Program-made: the position numbers and the translations under genes
Assembly: GCF_009914755.1 (NCBI RefSeq)
Contig: NC_060938.1
Reading direction: 5' to 3' (one strand)
Source of the DNA: the human T2T-CHM13v2.0 reference genome, Homo sapiens
DNA length: 64,000 nt
Shown: in pieces, positions 1-11,906 of the stretch
How positions within the stretch are numbered: the first letter of the stretch is position 1
Layout: each line of letters begins with the position of its first letter
The notes under the pieces: model-generated
The model's database searches: none
What the model was told of the DNA's origin: nothing
What the model saw: only the letters and a program-made list of their open reading frames with translations

Positions 1-649
1 AAGGAAAATGACAGGCCTCCTCAGGCAGAGGTTTTAGCCTCTCTTCTGTAATTAAAACTTACTTTAAATTTCAGGCTGTGTTGATCAAGACTGAAGGGGA
101 GGGAGTGTTGCGCATTACAGCATAAATCATATTTTATGATTTATGTAATGCCCTGATGTTTTTTTCAGGGATGTTTAATGGAGCAGGGGTTTAAGATCAA
201 TTCTGATTTCTAGAAACATTATCAGTGTGTGCATGGGGGCCTGCTCTGGGCCTGTGCTTGAGATGGGGGGTGGGGTGGGGGATTTGAAGTTGAATTGGCT
301 AAGAAGGCTGCCCTCAAGCAGGTAGATATACATTCGGTGTAGGGACAGGTAGAAATGTCTCACGGCTCTAGGAAAAGGCGGCAAGTTCAGAGCCCCAACA
401 GGTCAATCCTGGCTGGCTTCATGGAGGTGGCATTTTAAGCAGGACTTGGAAGATACTGAGGCTTTAAATGAGCATTACAGTGGAGCTGTCAGGAGGCTGT
501 TTGTAAGGGTTACTAAGTGACCTACTGGCAGGATGCAAAGAAAGGAGGGATCTGGCTTCTCTCTACTGCCCTCCTCCTCTTCCCCTGACTTAAAGCCTTG
601 CTCAGGCTGGCCACTGCTAAGCAGAGCATAAGATTTAAGAAATGGAGCT

Positions 650-865
650 CTGTGAGGCATACTACCTGAATCTGAATTCTGGCCCTTGCTCACACTAGCT
701 GTGTGATTTCAGATGAGTGACTTAACCTCTCTGAGCCCCCATTCCTGTATCTGTAATGAAGGGGGATAAGGTTACCTAAGAGAGAAGGGAGTTCTGAGGA
801 ATAAATTGGGCAACATATAAGAACTAGAACTATGCCTGACAAACAGCAAGCGCTTAACAAGCATC
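650..865 (+). mobile_element. MIR SINE
   Basis: Core gctgtgtga...acttaacctctctgagcc...atctgtaa. Confidence 0.7.
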
Positions 866-1003
866 TGTTGCTGCTACAGTTGCCGCAGTTACCAGCTGAT
901 TGATCTTGCCCAGTTTGGATCTCGCCTTAACTCTTAGCACCTCTGCTAAGACACAGTGCCTACCCATGCCTTCTGTAGATTATCTTTTTGCAAAAATCAT
1001 GCC

Positions 1004-1289
1004 GGCCAGGCGCGGTGGCTCATGCCTGTAATCCCAGCACTTCGGGAGGCTGAGGTGGGCGGATCACGAGGCCAGGAGATCGATACCATCCTGGCCAACA
1101 TGGTGAAACCCTGTCCCTACTAAAAATACAAAAATTAACTGGGCGTGTGCGTGTAATCTCAGCTGCTCGGGAGGCTGAGGCAGGAGAATCGCTTGAACCA
1201 GGGAGTTGGAGGTTGCAATGAGCCTAGACTGTACCACTGCACTCCAGCCTGGCGACAGAGCGAGACTCCGTCTTTAAAAAAAAAAAAAA
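1004..1289 (+). mobile_element. Alu (AluSc-like)
   Basis: Dimer with poly-A tail; TSD aaaaatcatgc on both sides. Confidence 0.95.
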
Positions 1290-2049
1290 TCATGCAATGT
1301 TATTTTTAATTACGTACAAAGATCTAACATGTCACCCAGAGACCATTTCACCCATTATTATTCATAACATACCCGGGAGAGGGGCTGTCAGGTAGTTCCT
1401 ATTGCTGAAGAGGAGAGGCAGGCTCAGCAGGAGGTGGCATGGTCAAGATCGCACAGCTGCGGGGCCCCATTTGGATGCACTCTGGGGCTTCTGCGCACCG
1501 GCTATCTCCCCCAGCTGCCTGGGAAGAGTGATGAGCCCTTGTCCCATGAGGCTGAGCTGGGTGTCGCAAGGACAGCATCTGCTCCTTCCACGATCCTTCC
1601 TCCCAGCTCCCCCATCCCAGACCTTAATGCTCTTCTTGAATTTGATGTCGCACCTCCTGGGATGCGAGGGGAGAGGTAAGGTGAGTGGGCGGCACCATGT
1701 CTGCCTCTGCGGCAGGCCAGGCCAGCAGTTATGGAGGAGGAAGAGTTTCCGGATGGATGGCTCGATCGCAGGTTCTGGGGGCTTCAAGGCAGCTTGCCCC
1801 TGGCAGGGAGCTGGGTCCTGTCCCTGTTTGGAGGGCCATCCAAAGCAACTGTGAGATCCCTCAGAGGCACGATTTTCAGACTCCAAGACCCCATTCTTAG
1901 GAGTTTATTGGGTGTGTTTCCCTTCATGGTTTCGTTTTTTTCCCCTTTCGATAGGTGGTTCTAGCTCGGTGGGAGGGGATGCTTTGGGAGGGTAGTTTGT
2001 GGCATAGAATATTGTGACAAGCGTGGGAGTGATGTTGGTAAGAGGGGGG

Positions 2050-2200
2050 CCTGGGCTTTTGACTCCTGCAACCCTGAGCAAGTCACCCACATTCTCTGTG
2101 CCTCAGTTTTCTCAGCTGTAAAATGGGACCATAACAGACCTACCTTCTGAGGTCACAGTGCAGATCAACTTATTAGAATGCACATAAAGTACTTGACATT
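2050..2200 (+). mobile_element. MIR SINE
   Basis: gagcaagtcac...ctctgtgcctcagttttctcagctgtaaaatggg. Confidence 0.75.
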
Positions 2201-2812
2201 CCTGCATTCTCCATTTTCCCTGGAGTGCCTACAATCTGCGGGGTGCCGGGGGATCCAGCCAGGAGCAAGAAAGACCCTGCCCTGTGGAGTCTCCTTTCTT
2301 CTGGGTGATGGGGCATTATCACAGTGCCTGACACATGATAAGTTCTCAAATGATAAACTGTACCTGCTATTAACCAGAATTATTATTTAAAGCCAACCTC
2401 ATTCTCTCCTCTCACCCTAAAAGGCAGTTAAACCAGCAAAAATCAGAGAAGCATGTAGTTCACGACTTGAGCCCATCCTGCTAAAGGGGTTTGTTTGACG
2501 TTTCTGCTAATCCGTGTTTAATGTGTAAGCAGATTATCTGAGCAGAACTAGGATTTTGTGCAGGATGATTTGCCCGGCTGTGGCCTGGGCTGCTGGCCTG
2601 TGACGCTAACCTTGAGGCGGGGTTCATTCTTTGTGTTGAAATTGCAGGTGGTGAAATTTCCGGTCAAGGGAGGAGGCTCCTATAGCTGTGGAAATGTGTT
2701 CTCGAGGCTGGTTCATGCACAAATGCACTTCAACCTTGACCTTCCAGAGGCCCCAGCAGGGTGCCCTGCTCTCACCCTCACCCCTTGTAGCTCTGCACCC
2801 TGGCTTCCGTGA

Positions 2813-3255
<443 letters not shown>

Positions 3256-3316
3256 AGGAGTATTTTTATCACTGATGTTTAAAATTGCTGGCCAATGGTG
3301 ACCATACGTCATCTAC

Positions 3317-3905
3317 TTTTATTGTGGTAAGATATATATAACATAAAATGCATCATTTTAATCACTGTAAATGTGCAGTTCAGCAGCATTAAGTACATTC
3401 ACATGGTTGTGCAACCATCACCACCATTGGTCTCCAGAACTTTCTCACCATCCCAAGCTGAACCTCTGTACCCATGAGCACTAACTCCACATTCCTTCCT
3501 CAATCCAGCCCCTGGCAATCCCCAGTCTGCTTTCTGTCTCTAAGAACTTGGCTGCTCCAGGTACCTCAAAGAAGTGGACTCAGACAATATTTGTTCTTTT
3601 GTGACCAGCGTATTTCACTTAGCATGAGTCACCCATGTTGTAGCCTGTGTTAGAATGTCCTACCTTTTAAAGGCTGAATAATTCCACTGTATATGTGTAC
3701 CACATTCTGTGGATCCATTCATCCATCCATGGACATTCACACTGTTTCCACCTTTTGGCAATTGTGAATAATTGCTATGAATGTGAGTGTGCAGATGTCT
3801 GCTCAGGTCGCTGCTTGTGGTTCTTTGGGGCATATGCTGAGAAATAAAATTGCTAGATCACATGGTAATTCTGTATTTAATTTTTTGTGGAACCTCCATA
3901 CTGTT
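3317..3905 (-). mobile_element. Old L1 (L1MB-like) 3' fragment
   Basis: tttattgtggtaa...gcattaagtacattcaca..gttgtgcaaccatcacc, typical of an L1M 3' UTR. Confidence 0.85.
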
Positions 3906-6594
3906 TTTAAACTCTTGAAACACAGCGTACCCCTTTATTGTCTGAACCTGGGGTGGACACTCCCAGCCTCCCCTTGGCATCTGCCTTGTACTGTTTTCCT
4001 CTCTTAAGGCCCGTTAAAGCCTGAGAGACCACACAAGGACCTGTGTGTGAGATTTAAGGTGTGACGCATAAAGGAGATGCCCAAGGGGTGTCCCTTCGCA
4101 CCTCGAGACGGATTCCCAGTGGTGGGACTCAGGGTGGGTCTTCCCCAGGACCTGGGAGTGAGGTCTGTGGTTCTGTGGCTGCCGGTGCTCAGTCTGGGTT
4201 CCTTGCCACGTCCTCTGTGGTTCTCCAAAGCTCCCAGTGGCCGACTCTCGATCTTCTTTTTGGTTAATGAAGACCCACAGGCGTTGACAGCCTCCTTGGG
4301 TCTGGACTTAGCTGCCCACGGCCTGGTTCGCCTCTCCCTCCTGGCTCTCGCTGTCTCTGTTGGGGTGGACTCTGCAGCTGTGCATTTGTATAGTTGTGGG
4401 GCAGGAGGCCGTGCCTCCTGTTCCCCTCTGAGTACCAAATGAGTAGGAGGGAAGGGGACGTCAGAGATGTCCTCACCCATCTGTTTGTTCAGGGCAGGTG
4501 GTACCAGTTCTAGGTCATGACCGCAGGACTTGCTTTATCAACCCTGAGGGATGTTGAGACTAGCAGGTATGCAGGTATTTGAGGCAAGGGCTTCAGACCC
4601 CAGAGTGGCCCCCAGACCAAAACTGGGGCCCAGGAGACATCTTGCTCCTGCCTCTGGGCAGCCTGCATGCGGAGCAGAGAGGGCCTCTGGGGCCCTAGAA
4701 CCCCAGTCCAGACTTTGCGTTGAGTTTGCTCTAAAAACAAACAAACAAACAAACAAACTCACTTTGGGTATGTGCACTAGACCACTTAAGGCAGAACTAA
4801 TATGACAACTGGGATTTTCTTCAGAGTAAACTGGGTGGGGAGGCAGCAGGGCTGGCAGGTAAGTGAGTGAGGATGAACCCCATCAGCCTAGGGCTGATGA
4901 TTGTTGAACTTGGATGATGGATGCATGGAAGTTCAATGTGTGCTGTGTCTATTCGTATGTATGTTTGACATTCTCCCTTTTAAAAGCCTTCCTCTCCACC
5001 CCACTCTTGGAAGGAAGTGAATCTTTCCTGAATCTACCTCTTGTGTGTGGGTGCCTCCCCTCTGTTTTCTTACTAAGTGCTCACAACACACATGCAGTGG
5101 GTGTTGTTATCCCCATTTCACAGGTGAGTAAACTGAGGCTCATTGACATTTCTGCTAGAAATTAGCTTAGCTGGAAAATGAACCAGATCTGATTCCCAAA
5201 CCACCGTTCTTCCCCATGAACAGATTCTCCAAGCCCTGCCTTGTCAGCCAGGGGTCTGTGCAGCCTGGGCCAGGGTGCAGCCCCTGGAAACCCAGCCCTT
5301 TCTGAGGAATGGAGGGAGGTCCTGAACCTCTCCCTGGGGCTTTGCTGTTCTCCCTTTCCTGTCCCCCATGAAGTCCTGCCCGCAAGGACCTAGCAATCGT
5401 TATATGGAAGGGGACACAGGCCTAGGTTGAAGGGTCTGATACTTGGCCCAAGTCACCTGGCTCCTCGGTGGCAAAGCCACATCCCCTGTGCTAAGCCAGT
5501 GCACTTTCCCCCATTCTCCACCCTTTCTGTCTCCCCAGAAGCCTGGCCTTGTCCCTGCCCCCAAGCCCCAGGGGCCCGCCTGGCCTCATTAGCAGGTCTC
5601 ATTTCCTGTGTCTTCTCTGGGCTCCTACACTTTGCAGCTCAGACCTTCTCCCACCCCTGGGCGCCTGCGTTCCCTGCCAAGTCTTATTCCCAAGCATCCT
5701 CTGCAGCTTGTTCTCTTCCGTCTTGTTTGGTTTCTTGACTTGCGCCTCTTCTGCTCAGTTCTGATGCCAGCCGGTCCCTCTGCAGGACAGCAGTGTTTTC
5801 TCTTCCCCCATCTGCTTTGTAGAAACCCTGCCTCACATCACTCCTGCCCCTTCTCTCCTTCCTTATCTCAGGTCTTCCCGGCTACCCCTGGGCCCGGCTT
5901 CCCAGTCCGGGTCATCCCTGCAGTCCCCAGGCCTGTGTCCCCTCCAGAGCCCAGTCGTCCCTGCTGCTGCTGTCTCCTGGTGTCTCCCCGCCAGGGCTGA
6001 TGGTTTTCTTTCTCCCTCGCAAAGGGAGAACATTTCTGTCCATCACAATGAGGCATACCCACGCCATCTCGCCTGCATCGAGCCTTCCCCCAAGCAGAGG
6101 GCACAGCTACTCCCCAACAGGACCCGAATTCCCTGCCTCCCACTTGGTTTCATCAGCCTGTCAGCCCTTGTTATATTTAAGATATTTTTAAACACTCTGA
6201 ACACTTTTGCCACAATTTTAACCCCTCCCCTAGTTAAAGCATGGCTCTCCTTCCAGTTAATTATTCCCCGAGTTAAGATCTGACAATATATTTTATTAAA
6301 ATGCTTTCTGAAATTTTATTCCTTCAAAGCCCTGAATTTGAAATGAGAGTAGTCACAAGAATGGGGAAACATCCTCTGTGACTGTACTCTGTCCCCTGCC
6401 CCAGAATGGGCGGGGGCTCCTCCACCAACCCTGTAAGCCTTCTGGTGCCTTTCTATGCTATTGAACTTACTTGTCACCAAACAGGCCGGCTGGCAGCATT
6501 TTACCAAAGTGGCACGGGCACCAGGCCTACCAGGGAACATTCCGATTCCTATTTTAGGAATCTTGAGTTGAATGTGACCAGGACGATGGTGTAG

Positions 6595-6960
6595 TATTGA
6601 ACCGGATAATGCCAGCTGGTGCAGTAGGCCCTCTTGGTTCAGGGTCTTAGCACAATAAAGGTTTACGCCTCATTTATGCAACACTGCAGCATGTGTTCCT
6701 GGTCTTCCATGTGGTCATTCAGGGATCCAGGCTCCTTCCATCTTGCAGCTTGTCTCCTCTCAGGCCCAGGGTCTTGGACATGCATCCAATGGATGGAGAG
6801 AAAGAGGTGGAATAAAGGCACCTGCTGCTGGGCTCCCAGGGTCTGCAAGGGAACATGTCGCTTCCACCGGTGAGAGCTGGTCACGGGCCCCACCTACATG
6901 CAAGGGGGCCTGGGAAATGCCCCTGGCTAGTCAGTAATTCCTCAGCCACCACTCTCCATG
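6595..6960 (-). mobile_element. Old MLT1 MaLR LTR fragment
   Basis: gtcattcagggatccaggct..ttccatcttg and tgcaagggggcctgggaaatg motifs. Confidence 0.6.
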
Positions 6961-7339
6961 GGAAGAGAGAGCCACAGATCCTGGAGGGCAGCTAGCTACA
7001 CCTGCCATCTGTGGGCGTGGAGTGCAGGGAAGGTGCGAGTGGAAGAGATACTGGCCATTTCATTGAGCTCTGACCTTCCGCTCAGCATCTTTCCTTGGAT
7101 TGGATCTCCAGGTTTTGTGTGTCCCAGCCCAACCCTTGTGCCAACCCCAGGGTCTCCAGGGTGGGTTGTTACCACGCTAAACACTGGGTTTCCCTAAAGT
7201 CTGCTCCAGCACCCATCATGCATTGCTATTGGGAGGTAAGCTCCAGGAAAACAACCTGTCTTACTTGCCACCGTCCACACTCCCTTGCCCCATGTGCCTA
7301 AAGTAGTGTTTGCTACAGGGTAGGTGCAGTTGATTGCAG

Positions 7340-7740
7340 TGGTCATGCTTGGAAAACATAGTATGTCCCATCCCACATGCTCTTCTGCAGTGTGACCTTG
7401 CCACTCCCCCATTGAGTCCCTGCCTGGGCTGCTCTTAGTGACTTTCTTGGTTAGTAGAATGTGGCAGAAGAGACATTCTGGACTTTTGCGAATAGATCAT
7501 GAGAAGCTTTGCAGCTGTCATCTGTGTCTTGGGGACTCTCCCCCTGGGAACCCAGCGGCCATGCTCTGAGCAGCCCAGGTCATGTGGCGGTGTCCTGCTC
7601 TGCAGCCCCAGCTGGGTTCCCAGCCCACCGCCAGCACCAGCTGCCGGCCATGTGAGTGTGCCATGGTGGGCGTTCAGATGATGGCGACCTCAGCCAGCAC
7701 CTGACTGCAGCTGCGTGAGAGACTCCAAGTGAGAACCACG
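7340..7740 (+). mobile_element. Old MLT1 (H/G-like) LTR fragment
   Basis: gtgtgaccttgccactccc...agaatgtggcagaag...tgagagactccaagtgagaacc. Confidence 0.6.
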
Positions 7741-8418
7741 CTTCCTGACCCCAGCTCTACGTTCTCCCTCCTCCCCCCACCACTTCCCTTGGAGCCACCA
7801 GCCCAGGCAGCAACATCACCACCAGCCCTGGTTGCTTAAGGACACTCCAGGAGACATCTTTCTCAAACAACTCCTTCCTCCTTCCCGGGGCCCTATTGAT
7901 GTTACTGACCCATGTCTTTCCACATTATCGGAAACTCTTTGTAGACTATACGTGTCTGGGGTAAGGCAGGACTTCTGGATTTAAAGGTTAGTGTGGAGAA
8001 ATCTAGTATGTCCTGAGCTGAAAAGCATATTGGGTGGTTATCTTCTCATTTATCATTTTAGAATCATTGAAAGAAAAGACGATAGCAAAAAATGTGTTTT
8101 CTTTTCTCCTGGGTCCCCGGATTTTGTCAGTCTTACTTGGTTTCAGCCTGGTGGGAGCCTCGGGGTTTTTATCTGGTGTCCTCTCTACCTGTCACTTGCC
8201 TCGTGGAGGTCCAGGCCCTGATTGCTCTGTTGTATTCTGGGGCTGTTCTCCTCGAGGTATGTATCGGGGTGACAGCTTCTCATCTCTGCATCGTGGCGGC
8301 CAGAATCAGCCTTGTTTCTGATGAGGGCGGTAGCGGCCAGTCGATTGCTATGCATGTTTATTTTAAGAAATGCTCTGCCAAGGGGGTCTTGGAGTGTGGG
8401 GCGGGCATCCAGATGCCT

Positions 8419-9035
8419 TGCTATGGTCTGAATGTTGGTGTCCCCCAAATCCAAATGTTGAATCTTTATCTCCAGTGTGACAGTGTTGAGAGTGGGGCCT
8501 TTGAGGAAGTGAGGGATTAGTGCTCTTATAAAAGAAGCCCCGAGGAAGCCCGTTTGCCTCTTCCACTGTGTGAGGTCACATGGGAGGCGCCATCTGTGAG
8601 GAATACCTCTTCCTCTGTGTGAGGTCACATGGGAGGCGCCATCTATGAGGAACACCTGTTCCACTGTGTGAGGTCACATAGGAGGCATCATCTATGAGGA
8701 ACATCTCTTCCTCTGTGTGAGGTCACATGGGAGGCACCATCTATGAGGGACACCTGTTCCACTGTGTGAGGTCACGTGGGAGGCACCATCTATGAGGGAC
8801 ACCTCTTCCACTGTGTGAGGTCACGTGGGAGGCGCCATCTATGAGGGACACCTCTTCCACTGTGTGAGATCACATAGGAGGCGTCATCTATGAGGAATAC
8901 ACTCTCACCAGCCATCGAATCTGCTGGGGCTTCGATCTTAGACTTCCCCACCTTCAGAACCGTGAACAACAAATTTCTGTTTGTAAATCACCCAGCCTAA
9001 GGTATTTGGTTAAAGCAGTGGGAACAGACCAGACA
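8419..9035 (+). mobile_element. MLT1A/MLT1A0-like solo LTR with internal VNTR
   Basis: Starts tgctatggtctgaatg, ends gaccagaca; TSD tgcct/tacct. Confidence 0.85.
8557..8899. repeat. Minisatellite, 7 x 49 bp
   Basis: gaggtcac-type core at 8572, 8621, 8670, 8719, 8768, 8817 and 8866 (the last is gagatcac); exact 49-bp period. Confidence 0.97.
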
Positions 9036-9324
9036 TACCTCAGTGATGGAATCACAAAACGGTCAGGTTGGATTGACTTTCCTTCATTTGTAGAATCCAA
9101 GCTATCAGTGAGCAGCTCCTCTTCTGGAGGTTTCTAAGGCACAGTTGCTGCGTGGAGGTCCTGGGAGTTCCCTTCATTGTCCTTAGCGTGGTTACCAGCT
9201 GTCTCCCGCAGCATGAACGGTGCAGGGGAGCTGGCTGTGAGTGGATGGCGGCCGCCTGAACAGGTCTGGTCGCACATCCAAGGAAATGGCCATGGTTTCC
9301 AGTTCCATCCAAGAAGACACACTC

Positions 9325-9925
<601 letters not shown>

Positions 9926-10096
9926 TGACATACTGTTAATAGGAACAGTGTTGTGACCTCTGATTTTTCCCTCATCTTTTATTCTCACAGTTTTGTTTTT
10001 ATCATTTTTTTCTCTCTCCTTATAAATTAGAATGCTTTTCTTGGTTTGGGGAAATCACATTCATTTGTAATGTTTTTAAAATGCAGAAGAAATACA

Positions 10097-10350
10097 GGCC
10101 AGGCATGATGGCTTATGCCTATAATCCTAGTGCTTTGGGAGGCTGAGGCAGGAGGATTACTTGAGGCCAAGAGTTGAAGACCAGCCTGGGCAACATAGCA
10201 AGACCCCATCTCTAAAAAAAAATTAAAAGTTAAAAAAATTAGCTGGGTGTGGTGGTATCCACCCATAGTCCCAGCCACGCAGGAGAGTTTGAGACTGCAA
10301 TGAGCTATGGTTATAGCCTGGACAACAGAGTGAGACCCCCAACTCAAAAA
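10097..10350 (+). mobile_element. AluJ with deleted right arm
   Basis: Forward Alu left arm plus a shortened right arm. Confidence 0.88.
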
Positions 10351-11196
10351 TATATATGTAGACTTCTGCCAGCTGTTAAATGGCAATCCAGATGGGAAAT
10401 TTCTGAAATTGTCATATTACTGTTTGTACTATAATACTTAATCTTACATAAAATTTTGTCCAAAACAACCAAAAAGGAGCCTAGGACTGGGTTCTGTTAT
10501 TTCAGCAGAAACTCAGGTTATTCTCCAAATAACTTTGGAAACTACTCTGAAATGACTTTTAAAACTACACATCCTATGGGATATCAGCAGTATCATTTGT
10601 GCGTTCTCTGTCAATGTTTAATTCTTAATGGTGTGTAGAGCAGGAGAGGAAGTAAATGATATTTAATCAGCCCTGGCTCTTCTGCTTCCCAGCACGTTTC
10701 CCACCTTCCTCCAACCAAAGGACACCAGTTAAGGATGCAGTGAGACCCCGGCTGTTGGATAACTCACCAGCCAGAGTGGAATGTGACTGGATGGTGTGAG
10801 TGGCATGGGAGCAGGAAAACAAGGGGATTCAGGGAGATAGGAAAGGGTCGGAGTGGCCTCTGGACGGATAAGGGACTTGGCTCGGAATGTGACCCCAGAG
10901 AGGTTTGTAAATTGTCATCTTATTTTCTTTAGAAGTGGTAAGTCAGCCTGGGACCATCCTTTTGCCTGACTTTTACATCCAGCCTTTCTGCCTGACCCAC
11001 AGTAGGGGCTCAGGTGCCTCAGGTTAAGAGTTAATCTGGGATGCACCCACACTTGGTGTGTGGAAGCCAAGCTCCCTAGCCCCGTTGCCTGGAGCACTGC
11101 AGTGTTACAGAAAGCCTCTCTAGCAGCCATTCTCAGAGCAGTGTCTGGGGCTTAATCAGAAGCCTTAAGGAGCCTCCTTACAGGCCAGGGATGATT

Positions 11197-11212
11197 CAAA
11201 ACAAAACAAAAC

Positions 11213-11249
<37 letters not shown>
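11197..11249. repeat. (CAAAA)4 followed by a (CA)n microsatellite
   Basis: Direct reading. Confidence 0.95.
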
Positions 11250-11251
<2 letters not shown>

Positions 11252-11598
11252 AACTATCCCCCAAGCTCCTCTAGTTTTATGGGCAAATTATGTACCTAAG
11301 GCTAGCTCCAAAAACTTCATTTGCAAAAACAATCAAGAGTTCCTAAAGACTAAGCAATAAGAGCTGCTTTGCTAATACTTTTTACTTGTAAACTAAAATC
11401 AGGGAGTTTCTAGAGTGTGAGGGCCCTAATTCAGGATTCCATAAGAAGCCTGGCCTGCACTCAGTCAAGGACAACACTGCCCAGTTCCAACCGCACATGT
11501 GCCCATGCAGAGAGCTGGAATTTGCTTGACTTGGAGGAAGCATGCTTTAGGGGTGTATATCTTCTGGTTTTTGTCATGAGATGGTTATGGTTTTCATA

Positions 11599-11906
11599 TT
11601 TATTATTTATTTATTTATTTATTTTTGAGACAGAGTCTTGCTTTGTCGCCCAGGCTGGAGTGCAGTGGCACAATCTCAGCTGATGGCAACTTCCGCCTGC
11701 TGGGTTCAAGTGATTCTCCTGCCTCAGCCTCCCGAGTAGCTGGGATTATAGACGGGTGCCACCACACTCAGCTAATTTTTGTATTTTTAGTAGAAACAGG
11801 GTTTCACCCTGTTGGCCAGGCTGGTCTTGAACTCCTGACCTTGTGATCCACCTGCCTAGGCCTCCCAGAATGCTGGGATTATAGGCGTGAGCCATCGCGC
11901 CTCACC
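11599..11906 (-). mobile_element. Alu (AluS) with (TTTA)n tail
   Basis: Reverse Alu dimer. Confidence 0.93.

Noticed and set aside
1402-1886. Overlapping 150-aa (+) and 147-aa (-) ORFs
   Set aside because: Non-ATG starts, partly MIR-derived and no recognisable domain; expected by chance in GC-rich intron.
8557-8899. CRISPR-like regular repeat array
   Set aside because: Head-to-tail units with no unique spacers, in a eukaryotic LTR context, and no cas genes.
8185-8972. 159-aa and 60-aa minus-strand ORFs with repeated peptides
   Set aside because: Translations of the VNTR/LTR.
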